A program made the translations under genes and the position numbers. This document shows, piece by piece, positions 37,283 to 49,234 of a DNA stretch of 64,000 nucleotides (position 1 is the first letter of the stretch; the number at the start of each line of letters is the position of its first letter). The notes under the pieces are model-generated. The model ran no database searches, was not told where the DNA came from, and was given only the letters and a program-made list of their open reading frames with translations. The DNA lies in contig OZ287754.1 of NCBI GenBank assembly GCA_965649765.1, forward strand, positions 35,650,001 to 35,714,000, given 5' to 3'. The DNA comes from Bispira polyomma. Lineage: Eukaryota.

Positions 37283-38224
37283 CTAAAACATAGATAAACT
37301 GGTTAAAATTAGTTCTGATTTACAAAGACTAGTTTCGAGAATCATAGAAGTATATGTTGTTTTGGGATATCCAATATACAATAATTTATTGTGAAATGAT
37401 CTACACAAGATAACTCTAAATATTATCACAAAAATAATTAAGCGTAGAAATATCATAAATATGTTTAATATTATAGTAGTAGAGGTAATGTACACAATAT
37501 TCATCACATTTAAGTATTCAAAAGCAAAGTGTTAGTTAATACAGTTAAACACTGGGAAGTAGGATAGGGTGTTAAGCAGACAACATACAACACAGATATA
37601 CTAAAGTACTAGCATTGTTAGTTAATATAACTGCGTATCTACAAAGAGGTTTTGTGTATTAGGCAAACAATGTTAAATAGAAGAGATTGTAGCATGTGGG
37701 TCATTTTTACACTATAAGGGATGAGCATCTCTCATATCTAGCAAAGTATCTGTATCAAAAATTGAGATGCTGTTCAGACTGCGCGCCTCTTTGTATTCAA
37801 GCCTGAGACTCCAGACAGGGTAGAGATTTCACAATCTTATATCTAAAATATGTGATGTATAACATCTGCTTAGTTATTGACCGGAGTAACAGATGAAGTT
37901 ATTGTATAAATAACACAGTACTTACCATATATTACTAATTTAGTGGTATCATTGCAAACAACACAACTAGAAATTTGGTCCCGAAAACATTATTCAATCT
38001 GTCAGTGCTAACCACTTTTAGTATAAAATAGGAATAAAAATGGTTTAAAATTTTATTATCGGAAACATAGACTTTAGTTAAAATCACAAATGCTGCAAAC
38101 TTTTAAAATCATAAACACATTTAATTGAGTCTTTGTAATAATAATTCAGGTTTTCAGAATGTTCTGTTGTCCAGATTTCCACAGTATTCATCTAGTGGTC
38201 ACTGATCACATGTACTGGGTGAAC

Positions 38225-38268
38225 TTATTTTCTACCAGGACCATTCCAGTTAGCTGCCTGCTTTAAAG
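38225..38268 (-). CDS. DH31: DH31 terminal exon a: ALKQAANWNGP-GRK*
   Basis: ttacacttgtag| phase 1; amidation signal GRK; AATAAA at 38057-38052. Confidence 0.93.
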
Positions 38269-38312
38269 CTACAAGTGTAAGAAATCAACTTAAATCAAAT
38301 GTTCTAACGTAT

Positions 38313-38850
38313 ACTGTGGTCACACTGAGAAGGTCCGTGTTTACGTTTGCTTCATTTTAAACGTAAGCAAACGGAAATAAACAAAGTGATAATTTGGTAA
38401 AAAGTAGCAAAAAGTTAATGTATGGGTGTATTGTACACATTCTGTACACGTTTGTACACACATTTAACATGTTTTAATAGCCGTTTTAATTAAGTTTGTA
38501 TCCTTAACCACATTTTAAAATACATAAGTCACGTTCTAAACACGTTTTGATCTCATTCTTTTTATGTAAAATATTATTTGAATGTATACATTTTACTACT
38601 GTCCTTTAAATCATATATACATTGAATACGTGTCATACGTTACCCGCACCAACTGTTTCCAAAAACAGTCGAAATGAACTTAAATTTTGAGCAGCATTAA
38701 TTTTGACATTAAGGAACCATCTTACTCACGCATGCTTACATTTACTTAAGAACAATACGTTCACTACGCAAATGCCTACGTTTAACTTGCGTATGCTATT
38801 TTAGACATTTGTTGTACGTGATCGAAATATACGGCCACTGTGACCACGGC
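38313..38850. mobile_element. Harbinger-like MITE in the DH31 intron
   Basis: Imperfect TIRs actgtggtcacactg and cactgtgaccacggc; TSD unclear. Confidence 0.55.
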
Positions 38851-39133
38851 ATAAGTGTCTGGGCTGATAAGATCTTAAAATAGCAACTATGGCTTGTTAA
38901 AATTTTTGCCCTTGAATTCACTTGTTTGGGTCTCGCTATCAAATAGTATTTTGGTAAAAACACAAATTCAAACCATCGATAGCTGATTATATGACCTGTT
39001 TTTATTCCAGTGTAGTCTTTTTATTAGAGTTTGAAAGATGAAAAGTTTACTATAAGCGAGAGTTGGAGTCTAACATTAGCTGAAACTTTCTTTCCAACAT
39101 TTATGAGATATAGTAATTAAGTATAAAGCTCAC

Positions 39134-39207
39134 CCATGAGTTTTGAGCCAACACTGTGGGCTACTCCATACCTGCCCCCATAGCCTGCGTCAAACCTTCT
39201 CTTTTGT
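39134..39207 (-). CDS. DH31: DH31 coding exon 3 (KR and N-terminal 21 aa of the mature peptide)
   Basis: tttccttacag| QKRRFDAGYGGRYGVAHSVGSKLM G|gtgagc; 74 nt, phase 2-1. Confidence 0.93.
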
Positions 39208-41666
39208 CTGTAAGGAAACATTCAGGAAACAAGGGCTTTACAACAATGACATAGTTATGTATATATTCCTCATGTGTGTACCACTTTCTGTTGTTCATAC
39301 TGTTGTTTGCCCTTGAGCATAGGATAGAAAGCAGTCTGGTATGGAAATACCATAATGCTATTGAGTCAAGCACCAGATATTGTCCTAGCCATAACAAGGA
39401 ATCAGTGAGCTGGTGCTCACATATCTGCGATGTTAATGTTAAAGACGGTTTTGCGATGGTCTTGGGACGGTCTTGAGACGGTTTTGATTGGTTGCAATGT
39501 GTTGTAGTATATGTGTAACAAGAATAAAGTGACCACTGAAAAGAAGATGGAGTTTTATTGCCCAACTTGTTTATACAAAACATCTTATGATTTTCCTCAC
39601 AGCTTTTACTTCATCAAATATATATTACCCTACTTAAACAGTACTTTTACGCCATTTCATTTCAATATTTTGAAATTATGACAAAAGTTGAATGGAAATC
39701 TTAGCCTTTAACAACAAAGTAAATATTTTTAGAACGAATAAATACTTTTGCATCTTCTGTCGAAATGTTAGGCAATTATTTAGATTAATAACTGCGAAAT
39801 AACATATTTTATATGTTTTGGTAGCTCACAAAAGTTGGGTTTATTTACCTAAAACTTCATCTTGATTGTTTAGGGTCAGTCTTTTAGAATGAAGCGATTT
39901 TATTGGTTACGGTATCAGCGATTCTGATTGGCTGATCACACACACGTGACGGTTCTAAGCATAATAATAATAAATATTATGTTATATGGTCAAGACATGG
40001 ACTTAAGGAAGTGGATATTAGGAAAGAAAATTGAAGGGATTAATATACAGGTAAATTTTAGAAATGCTATTGTATATTTGTATGACAAAATGAGTTTATC
40101 TTACTTTCTTGTGTTCTGAAATCTTTATAAAACAGCTTGCTTTTTTACTTCAGAGAATAGAACGTCATGGTATTTACGGCTGATCAGCTGATTATTGTTT
40201 TAAAAAAAATGCATGGACTTCTATGTAGCGAAATTGGATGGAAAATGCTTAAACGAGATTGTTTACGACTACATATTTTTAATCCGCCAATCAGGGAGCT
40301 CGCATATCTGTGTACTCAAGATATTGCCTTGGATTATATATAACTATATAACTATATAACGATACATTTGAAGCACATGGCCAATGAAAGAAAAATATTT
40401 TGCTAGGATTCTGTCTTTGACAGGGGCGGTATTGATATATTTGCAGAATAAGGAAATAACATGAAGATATAGGGTAAAATATTGTTTCTTACTTCTTTTC
40501 AGTTTTCCGTTCATTTCCTTTCGTTTTATTTGATGTAAACTTCCTTGCTTATGTATACACACAGCATTGTCAATTTCGGGTGAAGGTCGTTGGAGAATTG
40601 ATTGGCGGATTAAAAAATCAATTAATATTGTTAAAATGTCTCACCTTTGAACTTAATGTGCACGCGCATTGGAAACGGCCCTGATTTTCAGCCAATCACC
40701 GTCTCGCGTGATATAATGAGGTCGGTCGCCATTTTTTATTGTTGTTTTACATATTAGTTAATGCCACAAATGTGGCCATTTGAAAGCTATTGAAGTCTTG
40801 CCAACTAAAGCAATTTTAATGGATTAAAGCAACTATATGTGCATAATAGGTAATATATATATAAATACATTTAAGGGTCCATCTATTCAGATTTCCATCC
40901 ATCTTGCTTTCCTACTAATAATAAAGCATTTCTCAATTTTTGTAACGTATGTAGTTGAATTTATGTACAAGTACTGGGTATCTGAAATACTTATAAAAAA
41001 AAAACAATGTAGTGTGCCGACGTCTAGCGGTCAAAAGCAAAGTTAGGAAAGCGTGTGTTCTCGCAAGTTAGAAGAAATTACATATATCAGTATAGTGTAT
41101 ATATTTCATATATATTTGTGCAAACCCATGCTTTTCCTTGTATATCTATATAAGTTGACATGTCTGTTGAAGCGAGGAAAGATATAAGGAAAAATGCGGT
41201 AATTACGAGACCAAAGTATTAAACGTATTAATCGAACAAATAATATAAATAATACATATATTCTAACATGGTCCTCGTTCTTAGTACCAAACAGTCTTAA
41301 GTAAGAAAATGAAGTAAAAATGATATAAGCAGATGGTAGAAGGTGCTGTCCTCATGATTGGATTTCACTAGACGGCGTTATCTATGATGTAAACATCTCT
41401 GATAATAACTATACGTATTCACACACACATATATATATACATATGGAATACATATTTGACAATAATGGTAAAACAGGTTGAAACATTTATACAATGACTG
41501 TCTGCATGTGGTATATATTTATTATTCAAAAGGCATTTAGTGGGTGGTCAATCTAGATTAAGCTAGAGATCTACAGGATAAAACTGCCGTCTGAAAATTG
41601 TACAAAATACATCATGCAAAACAGAAGTGTTACAATCCAAACATATTCACACCACTCACACCCAAT

Positions 41667-41853
41667 AAAGAAGTAACTGTTGGTACCAATGAACATCCAC
41701 CGTAGCATTTGTTATTCACTTTATTACCACTGAAGAAGTAACTGTTGGTACCACTAAACATTCACCATACGATTTGTTATTTACTGTATTACCAGTAAAG
41801 AAGTAACTGTTGGTACCACTGAACATTCACCATATGATTTGTTATTTACTTTA
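41667..41853. repeat. 65-bp tandem repeat, ~3 units
   Basis: aagtaactgttggtacca at 41671, 41736 and 41801. Confidence 0.9.
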
Positions 41854-44800
41854 ATATCTAAAAATTGGTGATCCTTATTTATTCATTCAATACCGCTGGT
41901 ACTAGGGTGGCTGGTTTATTGAATTAATGCGTCACAACAGATAGACAAACACAATAACAACTATTACAACATTTCTATATTGATACAATACACCGTGTGT
42001 GGGAATGGTACTTTAATACAGATATGTAACAAAACATTCAGGTACATAAGCCCTACTATTTTATTAGGGATTGATTAGGTATTACAACATGATATTCTGG
42101 GCATAGTGTCAAATGTTCACTTGTGTTGCACAAAAAGCTGAGTTAATTTCTACTATATAAGGGCAGATTAGTAGGATGTATGCATAAAGCAAGCATTATT
42201 TTCTTGTCAGTTTGAGATAACTTTCATCTTGAAATTATGTATTTGTTCTTATATTAGATTTATGATGTGTAGTTAAAATTTCTATAATGTCAACATATCT
42301 GGATCCATTAGAGGCTGTGTTAGCATGCAATCACAATTGTCACAAGGGTCTTCTTTCACATTGGTATTTTCTATTATTCATACCCATAGCTGATGAAAAT
42401 TAAAAGTAAACCGAATCAGTTTGATTATGTTTTCATAGAACTTGTGGAATAATTAACATGTTTTCAATGTTACTCTTTTTTTCCAATACAGCTGTAACTA
42501 TAAAAAGCTCCGTTTAAAGATCATATATTTTTGTCATTTTAAAAGCTTACAGATGTGACGCCGATATGAATTGCCGAAATGAAATAATATTTGAAAGAAT
42601 TTCATGATATTTAATTTTCTGAATGTGAGATAATGCAACATCACAATGTCACATGAGGTGGACTGTTTATCCCCAAAATTACAAAAATGGTGAATTATTG
42701 TATATATATATATTACTACTGTTTCTGCTTTGTGTTTAGACAAAGACAATTAACCACTATCTAAATATATATCCTTGTCATGTCGTGATGGATTGTAAAT
42801 TAGTTATGTAACACAAACACATGGTTGAGAGAAATCCCCGATTATTGCCCAAACGAATCAATAGATATGAGTCTGCAATTAATGCTTGATTTCATCAATA
42901 TGTGCACATGTACTGCCAGAATATGAAATTGATTTCTTAACTGCCAGTGTTGGTAAATACAGGTAAAATTAATTACCACTTGTTTATTGCCACTTGTCTA
43001 TTGGCGGTCTGTATGCCAGTTGTCTCTTGCAAATTGTCTATTGGCAGAAATTCTGCAACTTGTCCATTACTACTTGCCCAAAGGCAGTCTTTGTGCCACT
43101 TGCCAGTTGTTTACTACTACTTGGCAGCCTTTATGCCACAGAATATAAGCCGCCAACTCACTCTGTATAATTGCAGTTATTATTAAGTATATTGTTCAGA
43201 TATAATTGCAATATCAAAAGTATAACTGTGCATCTTATTTTTAAGATTAGTATTCACATAACATTGGTTGGGTGTACATTTGTAAATGCAATATATTGTC
43301 AAACTTGCAAAGTAGACTACTCTCAAAGAATAACCAGTGTTATGAATGCACCTAGTCTGTCTATAATTGTACTTCGTAATATACCTGAAATACTTTGAGG
43401 TTAAAACCATTAGTTTATCTATAAGTTAAATCAAATTTGAAAGAGAGAAGAGAACCTAGATAATACACGACTATCACTGTGTGCATCTACAACCCAATTT
43501 GTAGTCACAAAAAAGGTGCCGCTAATATGGTTAGTTTGGTATTCAATAACACTTTTTTATATTTTCTGTCCTCACTTAAAACTTTTTGTACCATTGTCTT
43601 TTGACTCAATCTTTAAACCATACAGACAACTTGTTCCGTTCCATGTCTATTATGTTGGAGATCACAAGACCAACCCGAGTAAGCGACTATTGGGTCAATA
43701 AGTGAGGGTTGTCGTTATATGCAAGTTTGACTAGGTGTGTTAGTATACTAAATAGTGATAAACCCACACACTTGTGGACTTCAAAGCTACAGTTACTTCT
43801 CTGCTGTGTGTGAGAAACAAGTTCAAAGAATGGTGTAACATTTGGTAGTAAGTTTCCGTAAATCGTTTTGGTCATATCATATTGGTTTTGGATGTAATTC
43901 TACTTGACTCTTTCCAAAGTGTGTGAGTAACATTTACAAAAGGGTATATGCTAATTAGGTTAGTATATGTAAAATGGGAAGCCATGTTCTTAGTCGAAAA
44001 GGTTAGTACATGACTCATCATGTTAGTGCTACTACAACTTATGAGGCCAGAAATTCACAAACTCTCTTTATGGTTATGACTGATAGTCAACAGTTTGTAT
44101 CCACACCTCTCATTGGCTAAGATACAAGTTTGAAAGAGTATTTGTGAACAACCAGCCTGTCATATAGGGCCTCTTTTATACCTTCCCACTTTAGACCCAA
44201 CATTTTGTTCATATCAGAGGTGTCTCTTTGCCGTTTGTCTGTTTGTCGTTTGCCAACATCAACAAGCCTAAAAATGTTGCTGACATTAATAAAAGTTCTT
44301 TCATTTTTTACGCAAAGGATTGATACAACTTCACTAATGTAACATGCTATGTTCAATTTACATTCCAGGAGTCATTGTTATATCCAGTTATACATATTAA
44401 TACATGAACCAATGACAGACAGAACAAGTAGTTGGAGGCAACTGTGGTGAAACTGACAAAACACATTCATTATCAGACCTAAAACCAAGCTATCATGTTT
44501 TCCTTTCGATAAAATCAAGTTATAAAATATAGGACCGATTCAGTTTACTTTATTTCTAAAAAAAACACTGTTTTAAGTTCAGGTTGTATTTCACTACACC
44601 AAACGAAAATATTTACGTATAACAGAATTTATTATGTGCTAATAACACTAGTAATACTTAAATTCATCAATGATCAAAATGTGTAAAATCCTATATCCAT
44701 TTCTTTCTAATACTCTATTAGCGGTTAAGACCAAAGCACTGGAAATTGCTTGTTTATCCCTCTGATTTTACATCCTACTTATGATATGATGTTGTGGCAA

Positions 44801-44857
44801 CAAGTCACATTATGGTACAGCCATGACATATAAGGTAACAGTAAATCCAGTACTTAC

Positions 44858-44947
44858 TGTTGAGTTGAAATTTGTTCTTGGAGTTGATCTACCAAACCTT
44901 CTAATACATCTAAGGTAAGCACGGGATAGTCCACTTCCCTCTTTGAC
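44858..44947 (-). CDS. DH31: DH31 coding exon 2 (RSKR site and acidic propeptide)
   Basis: 90 nt, phase 2-2; acceptor tatgtttacaaag|, donor CA|gtaagt; the junction creates the furin-type site RSKR. Confidence 0.75.
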
Positions 44948-45397
44948 CTTTGTAAACATATAATATGGTACATTAGGGATAAAATAGGCGAGGATTGTTC
45001 ATAACTTAGTCAACCTGTATCTGAAATGTTAACAATTTAAGGTGCTAATGGTTAGAATTATGACTGGGTAATTATAAGTAAATATGAACCTAATCAACCA
45101 TAACATTAAGTCCTCTACCACATTGAGCACTGTAGAATATAATGGTATGTATGCAGCTGTTGAAAGTAACCTCTTCTACCCGAGGCTATACTAATGGCAA
45201 TACAATAAAGTATTGACACACTGAATACATTTAAGAATATTACATAGGATACCTAATATGATAAACATATATAATTTACCATCTAACAACATTTAGTCTT
45301 GGCAGTGGTGGGTTGATAGTACACTTTTTTGTGAGAACATTTGTTTACCCAACATATCCCATGCTGTACTTTGACGTCTACTAAAGGGTATCTGCAG

Positions 45398-45727
45398 TTT
45401 ACAATATGCTCTTACTTCTACCTCCAGATCGTCTTTTATTTACACGTGTCACTTTACAATATGCTCTTACTTCTACCTCTAGGTCGTATTTTATTTACAA
45501 GTGTCAATTTACAATATGCTCTTACTTCTACCTCCAGATCATCTTTTATTTACAAGTGTTACTTTACAATATGCTCTTACTTTTACCTCTAGGTCGTCTT
45601 TTATTTACAAGTGTCACTTTACAATATGCTCTTACTTCTACCTCTAGCTCGTCTTTTATTTACAAGTGTCACTTTACAATATACTCTTACTTTTACCTCT
45701 AGGTCGTCTTTTATTTACGCGTGTCAC
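45398..45727. repeat. 55-bp minisatellite, 6 units
   Basis: tttacaatatgctcttacttctacctctaggtcgtcttttatttacaagtgtcac-like units; source of ORFs 45341-45702. Confidence 0.95.
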
Positions 45728-45789
45728 TGCACTTAAATGTCTTGTTCAAGACGTATTGAAACATATGTTTGGAGAATACTATCAGGGGC

Positions 45790-48170
45790 AGTGTTAAGGC
45801 ATTGCCCTTGTCAGTCCTTCATGACCTTAAATTTGTGAGGGTACCAGTCTTAACACAGGTAAAAATAAGGTCGAGTCATCAGTAAACAACCCCTATGTTG
45901 CTAAGTGGAAATTAAGGTGAATCAATCTGATTGGCTAAGAACAGTAAGCAAAGTAATTTATTAGTAAACATAAGTCAGTTTGAAATTAGCCACAGACAAG
46001 TATGGCAGGAGAAAATTTTCTGTTCTGTTGTTTTGTTTTTGATACTTTTCATATTTTACAAACTGTTTATTTTATTATACATGCAACAATTACACAAGGA
46101 CTTATTCTAGTATCTTAGTGTTTTATGGAAACGTTGGAACTGACTCATCACTGACAGTGTTTATGGTTCACAGCTACTCTCAGACAGCCACAGGCTTGGT
46201 TTAGCCCTCAGGCTGGCAATTGAGAGACGTTCCAAACTGTATTACTTCTTTGTTCAGTAGTCAAAAGTTGTCAAACGAGTTAGAAACCAAGAACTGGAGT
46301 GGCCAGAAAGTAGCGCTGTGTGCTTGTCTTTATCTCTTTTTAGTGACTCAAATGCTAAAAACTTGCAACATAAATAAAAGTGGCACAATCAAAAGCATTG
46401 TGTAAAAAGTGCAGCGAACCGACACATGCCACCAACAGGAAAAAATGTAATAGACACATACATGTTATTTCAGACAGTGAAATAATGGAGGAAACCCGTG
46501 TGGTAAAGGACAGTTACTAAACACGGGGGCTCGAGGCGGAAAGAAGAAGGCAGCAGGAGCAGGCAAAGATGACCAGGACAACATACAGAAACGGATCTTG
46601 CTGCAGTTACAGAAAGTGAACGTGAGACTGGGTGCTGTCGAAGACAGGGTCAGGGAGTCCAGCACAAGTCGTCACAAGGGGAAGAAAAGAACTGGAAAGT
46701 TAAGTAGAACTGTGTTAAATCAAAAACTAAGTAACAGTGATAGTTCAGATAGTGAGTCCTCAGATGAGGAACAAGTGTTACCAAGTTTGTCAACGTTGAG
46801 AAGCTCTGCTTCATTTCAGCGCAGGGTCGATGGTAGACTAAGGGAGCTAGAGAAAGACAGTCAAAGTACAGGTACTGATAATGCAGGTAAAATCAAATCA
46901 AAAAGAGGTGGTCCAGTGGAGGTAATAGTAAAAAATAAGGTAGCGTGGCCTCATGAGGCAATACTAGGGGGGGTCACCAGAAACAGGTAACATATGACCA
47001 GTTGTCCTTATCTCAGTGGGTGCAAGGTTTCTTTTAAAACATTATAGGGGAGTCAGACAGTGAGAAGAAAGAGAAAATGGTTATGTATATGGCAGACTTA
47101 ATGGAAGATGCCACTGATTTTACATGACAAGACGCTAAAGCAGCTCATGCTGTCTTGCTATGTGAAATGGAAAGGGGTACACTTTCTTGGCACGATTCTA
47201 CTAGAATTAACAGAATTCATGGAGCACATGCTCAAAAGACAGGCTTGACAGAAGACATTATCGGTATACCCCAATGGGTTTGTTGTGCGGCCATGAAGCG
47301 TATCTAATTGTGGTTTGAATTTGGATATTTAACATCCACTCTAGTACCTGTTTAGGTTATATTGGGACGGGTAGTTGGAAACGCTGGAGGAAACACTGCA
47401 TACAGTTGATCAAGGTTCTGCACTGAAACCAGCAGCCCACAGTAAGGAACTACCACCTTTCCCACATAGGCATCGACGGGATTAGAACTCACGCCGCCCA
47501 GAGGTGAGAGACCAGTGATTGTGAAGCGCAATGCTTGCCAACCACTAGGCCACCGCGGCCTCGCGTCTAATTGTGGTACAAGGTCATAAATGGTGGAATT
47601 TTCTTGGGCATTAGATTGTGATATAACTTTTACATTTACTACTGGTGAACAGGTTTTTAGTAGTAAGAATAATTTTGTCTATGGTCCTTGGTAATTTTAA
47701 TCATAACTAATGTTGAGGTTTTTTTCTGTATATAATATTACATTTAAAATTAGAACAATTGTAAAAGTTGAGGTCAGCTGGGTCTTCAAATATTGACATC
47801 TTTAAGTCGTAATTAACCCCTTGCAGTTAGGGTAATCTTAAATTGATTCAGTTCACTTCACTATGGTGACCCATCAAGTTAGGGTCACCCTCACAAATTG
47901 GGTGTAGGTGTAGTCGTTATTTTAGCTAAGATCACCTTTAACTCAAACTAGTTTAAGTTCAGACTTAAACTCAACTATTTAAGTTTAATTTTAAACCTAA
48001 AATTTAAAGAAGTTTATAGGACATACGTGGTCTCAACTTAGTTTCAAATTATGGTAACCTTAAATATTTGTATCAGATTTGTTCTCGAAATGTACATAGT
48101 CAGTAGTTTAGATTATATATTTTACATTTTTGCATACACATTTTATCTAATAAAAGTATGTACCCTCGTG
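45790..48170 (+). mobile_element. Internally deleted Ngaro element 4 (gag and B-like end; pol and YR not seen)
   Basis: CKKC..H.PPTGKKC finger, KSKRGGPVEV..WPHEAILGG, AKAAHAVLLCEME, AHAQK to ~47237; B-type GGTNACC motifs at 47820-48065. Ends approximate. Confidence 0.7.
47315..47565 (-). mobile_element. tRNA-derived SINE
   Basis: A box ggtggcctagtgg, B box gagttctaatccc; TSD tctaattgtggt at 47303-47314 and 47566-47577. Confidence 0.88.
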
Positions 48171-48475
48171 GATTTTTTTTTTTTTTATTCCTGAATTGGG
48201 AGTGTGGGGGGACTGGACGCCTTTTGAAGAATGTCCATAAAACTATTTAAAGGGAGGACCAGATAATGATTTGCGGTGACTAATTAATTTATATGAATAT
48301 AGGTAGTAGTGATATAATGAGCTGAGGAGGATGTTTTATGATCTATAAAACCCAAGCAGTATGCATTGTCATTGAAGTGTCATTACATTTAATAAAGTAA
48401 ATATTTAAAGAAGCATTGTTAATTTAATTTCAATTTTCATTCAAAAATAATGTTTTAGTTGGGTTGGGTTTTATA

Positions 48476-48579
48476 ATAGATAAACACCTCATGGCACTCA
48501 CATTATGTGAACTTAATGGGTACTCGGGCCTAAAGAGCCTTAAGTTTACATAATGTAGTGCCACTTAGTGTTTATCTAT
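48476..48579. repeat. ~100-bp palindrome (foldback mini-element)
   Basis: atagataaacac..tggcact.acattatgtgaacttaa pairs with ttaagtttacataatgt.agtgcca..gtgtttatctat. Confidence 0.8.
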
Positions 48580-49234
48580 ATAATAACACTTACTATGATA
48601 AGATCTGTCTGTGTCATTTTGTATTGGGTCACGACTTTGGGTGAAAAATTACATACAAATCAGGGAATTACTTTAACTAGCACCAAAGTAAGGTTACAAA
48701 GACAAATTTTGTAGCTTTCCATTGAAATACATAGGGCTTTTAGAAATATATGTAGTGTTCCACATTAACAAGTGGATAACATGTGTGATATTTTTTTTTA
48801 ACATGATTAAAATCGTGTCAAAATTAAATAATATCCAGATTATAATCAGTGGAATAATAATTCTGTATTCATCATAGTGCCTGTGTGTTTATGGTGACAA
48901 AGATTTGTCCTTTTATTAAATAAGTAGCATAAAAAGATGCGTAGTTAAATGAGTACAATCATGATATCGATAGGGTTTGTAATAGTGAGCATGACAAAGA
49001 CTTTGCACCCTTTCCCACAACCTCTCAAAGTCATGATTTCAATGGCATTCTCACCACATTGTAGCACTGAATATAGTGGCCTCATTAAACAAATCCCGTG
49101 ATGGACCAACTTTTCTACGCAAGAAAACCAGGCCAGTCAAAGTGACAGTACCCAGCACCAAGAGTCTGCAAAACCCTGTACCTCACAATTCACAAAATCT
49201 GCATATTGACCAACAAACAGCATATGACTTTCCC

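Noticed and set aside
43183-43410. Extra phase-2 DH31 exon (gtatttcag| YITKYNY...)
   Set aside because: In phase and open, but no peptide-like features or convincing donor; likely chance, though it cannot be excluded without RNA data.
44948-45021. Upstream acceptor catttcag| for DH31 coding exon 2
   Set aside because: All three frames hit stops within 25 nt.
45341-45702. Repetitive ORFs
   Set aside because: Products of the 55-bp minisatellite.
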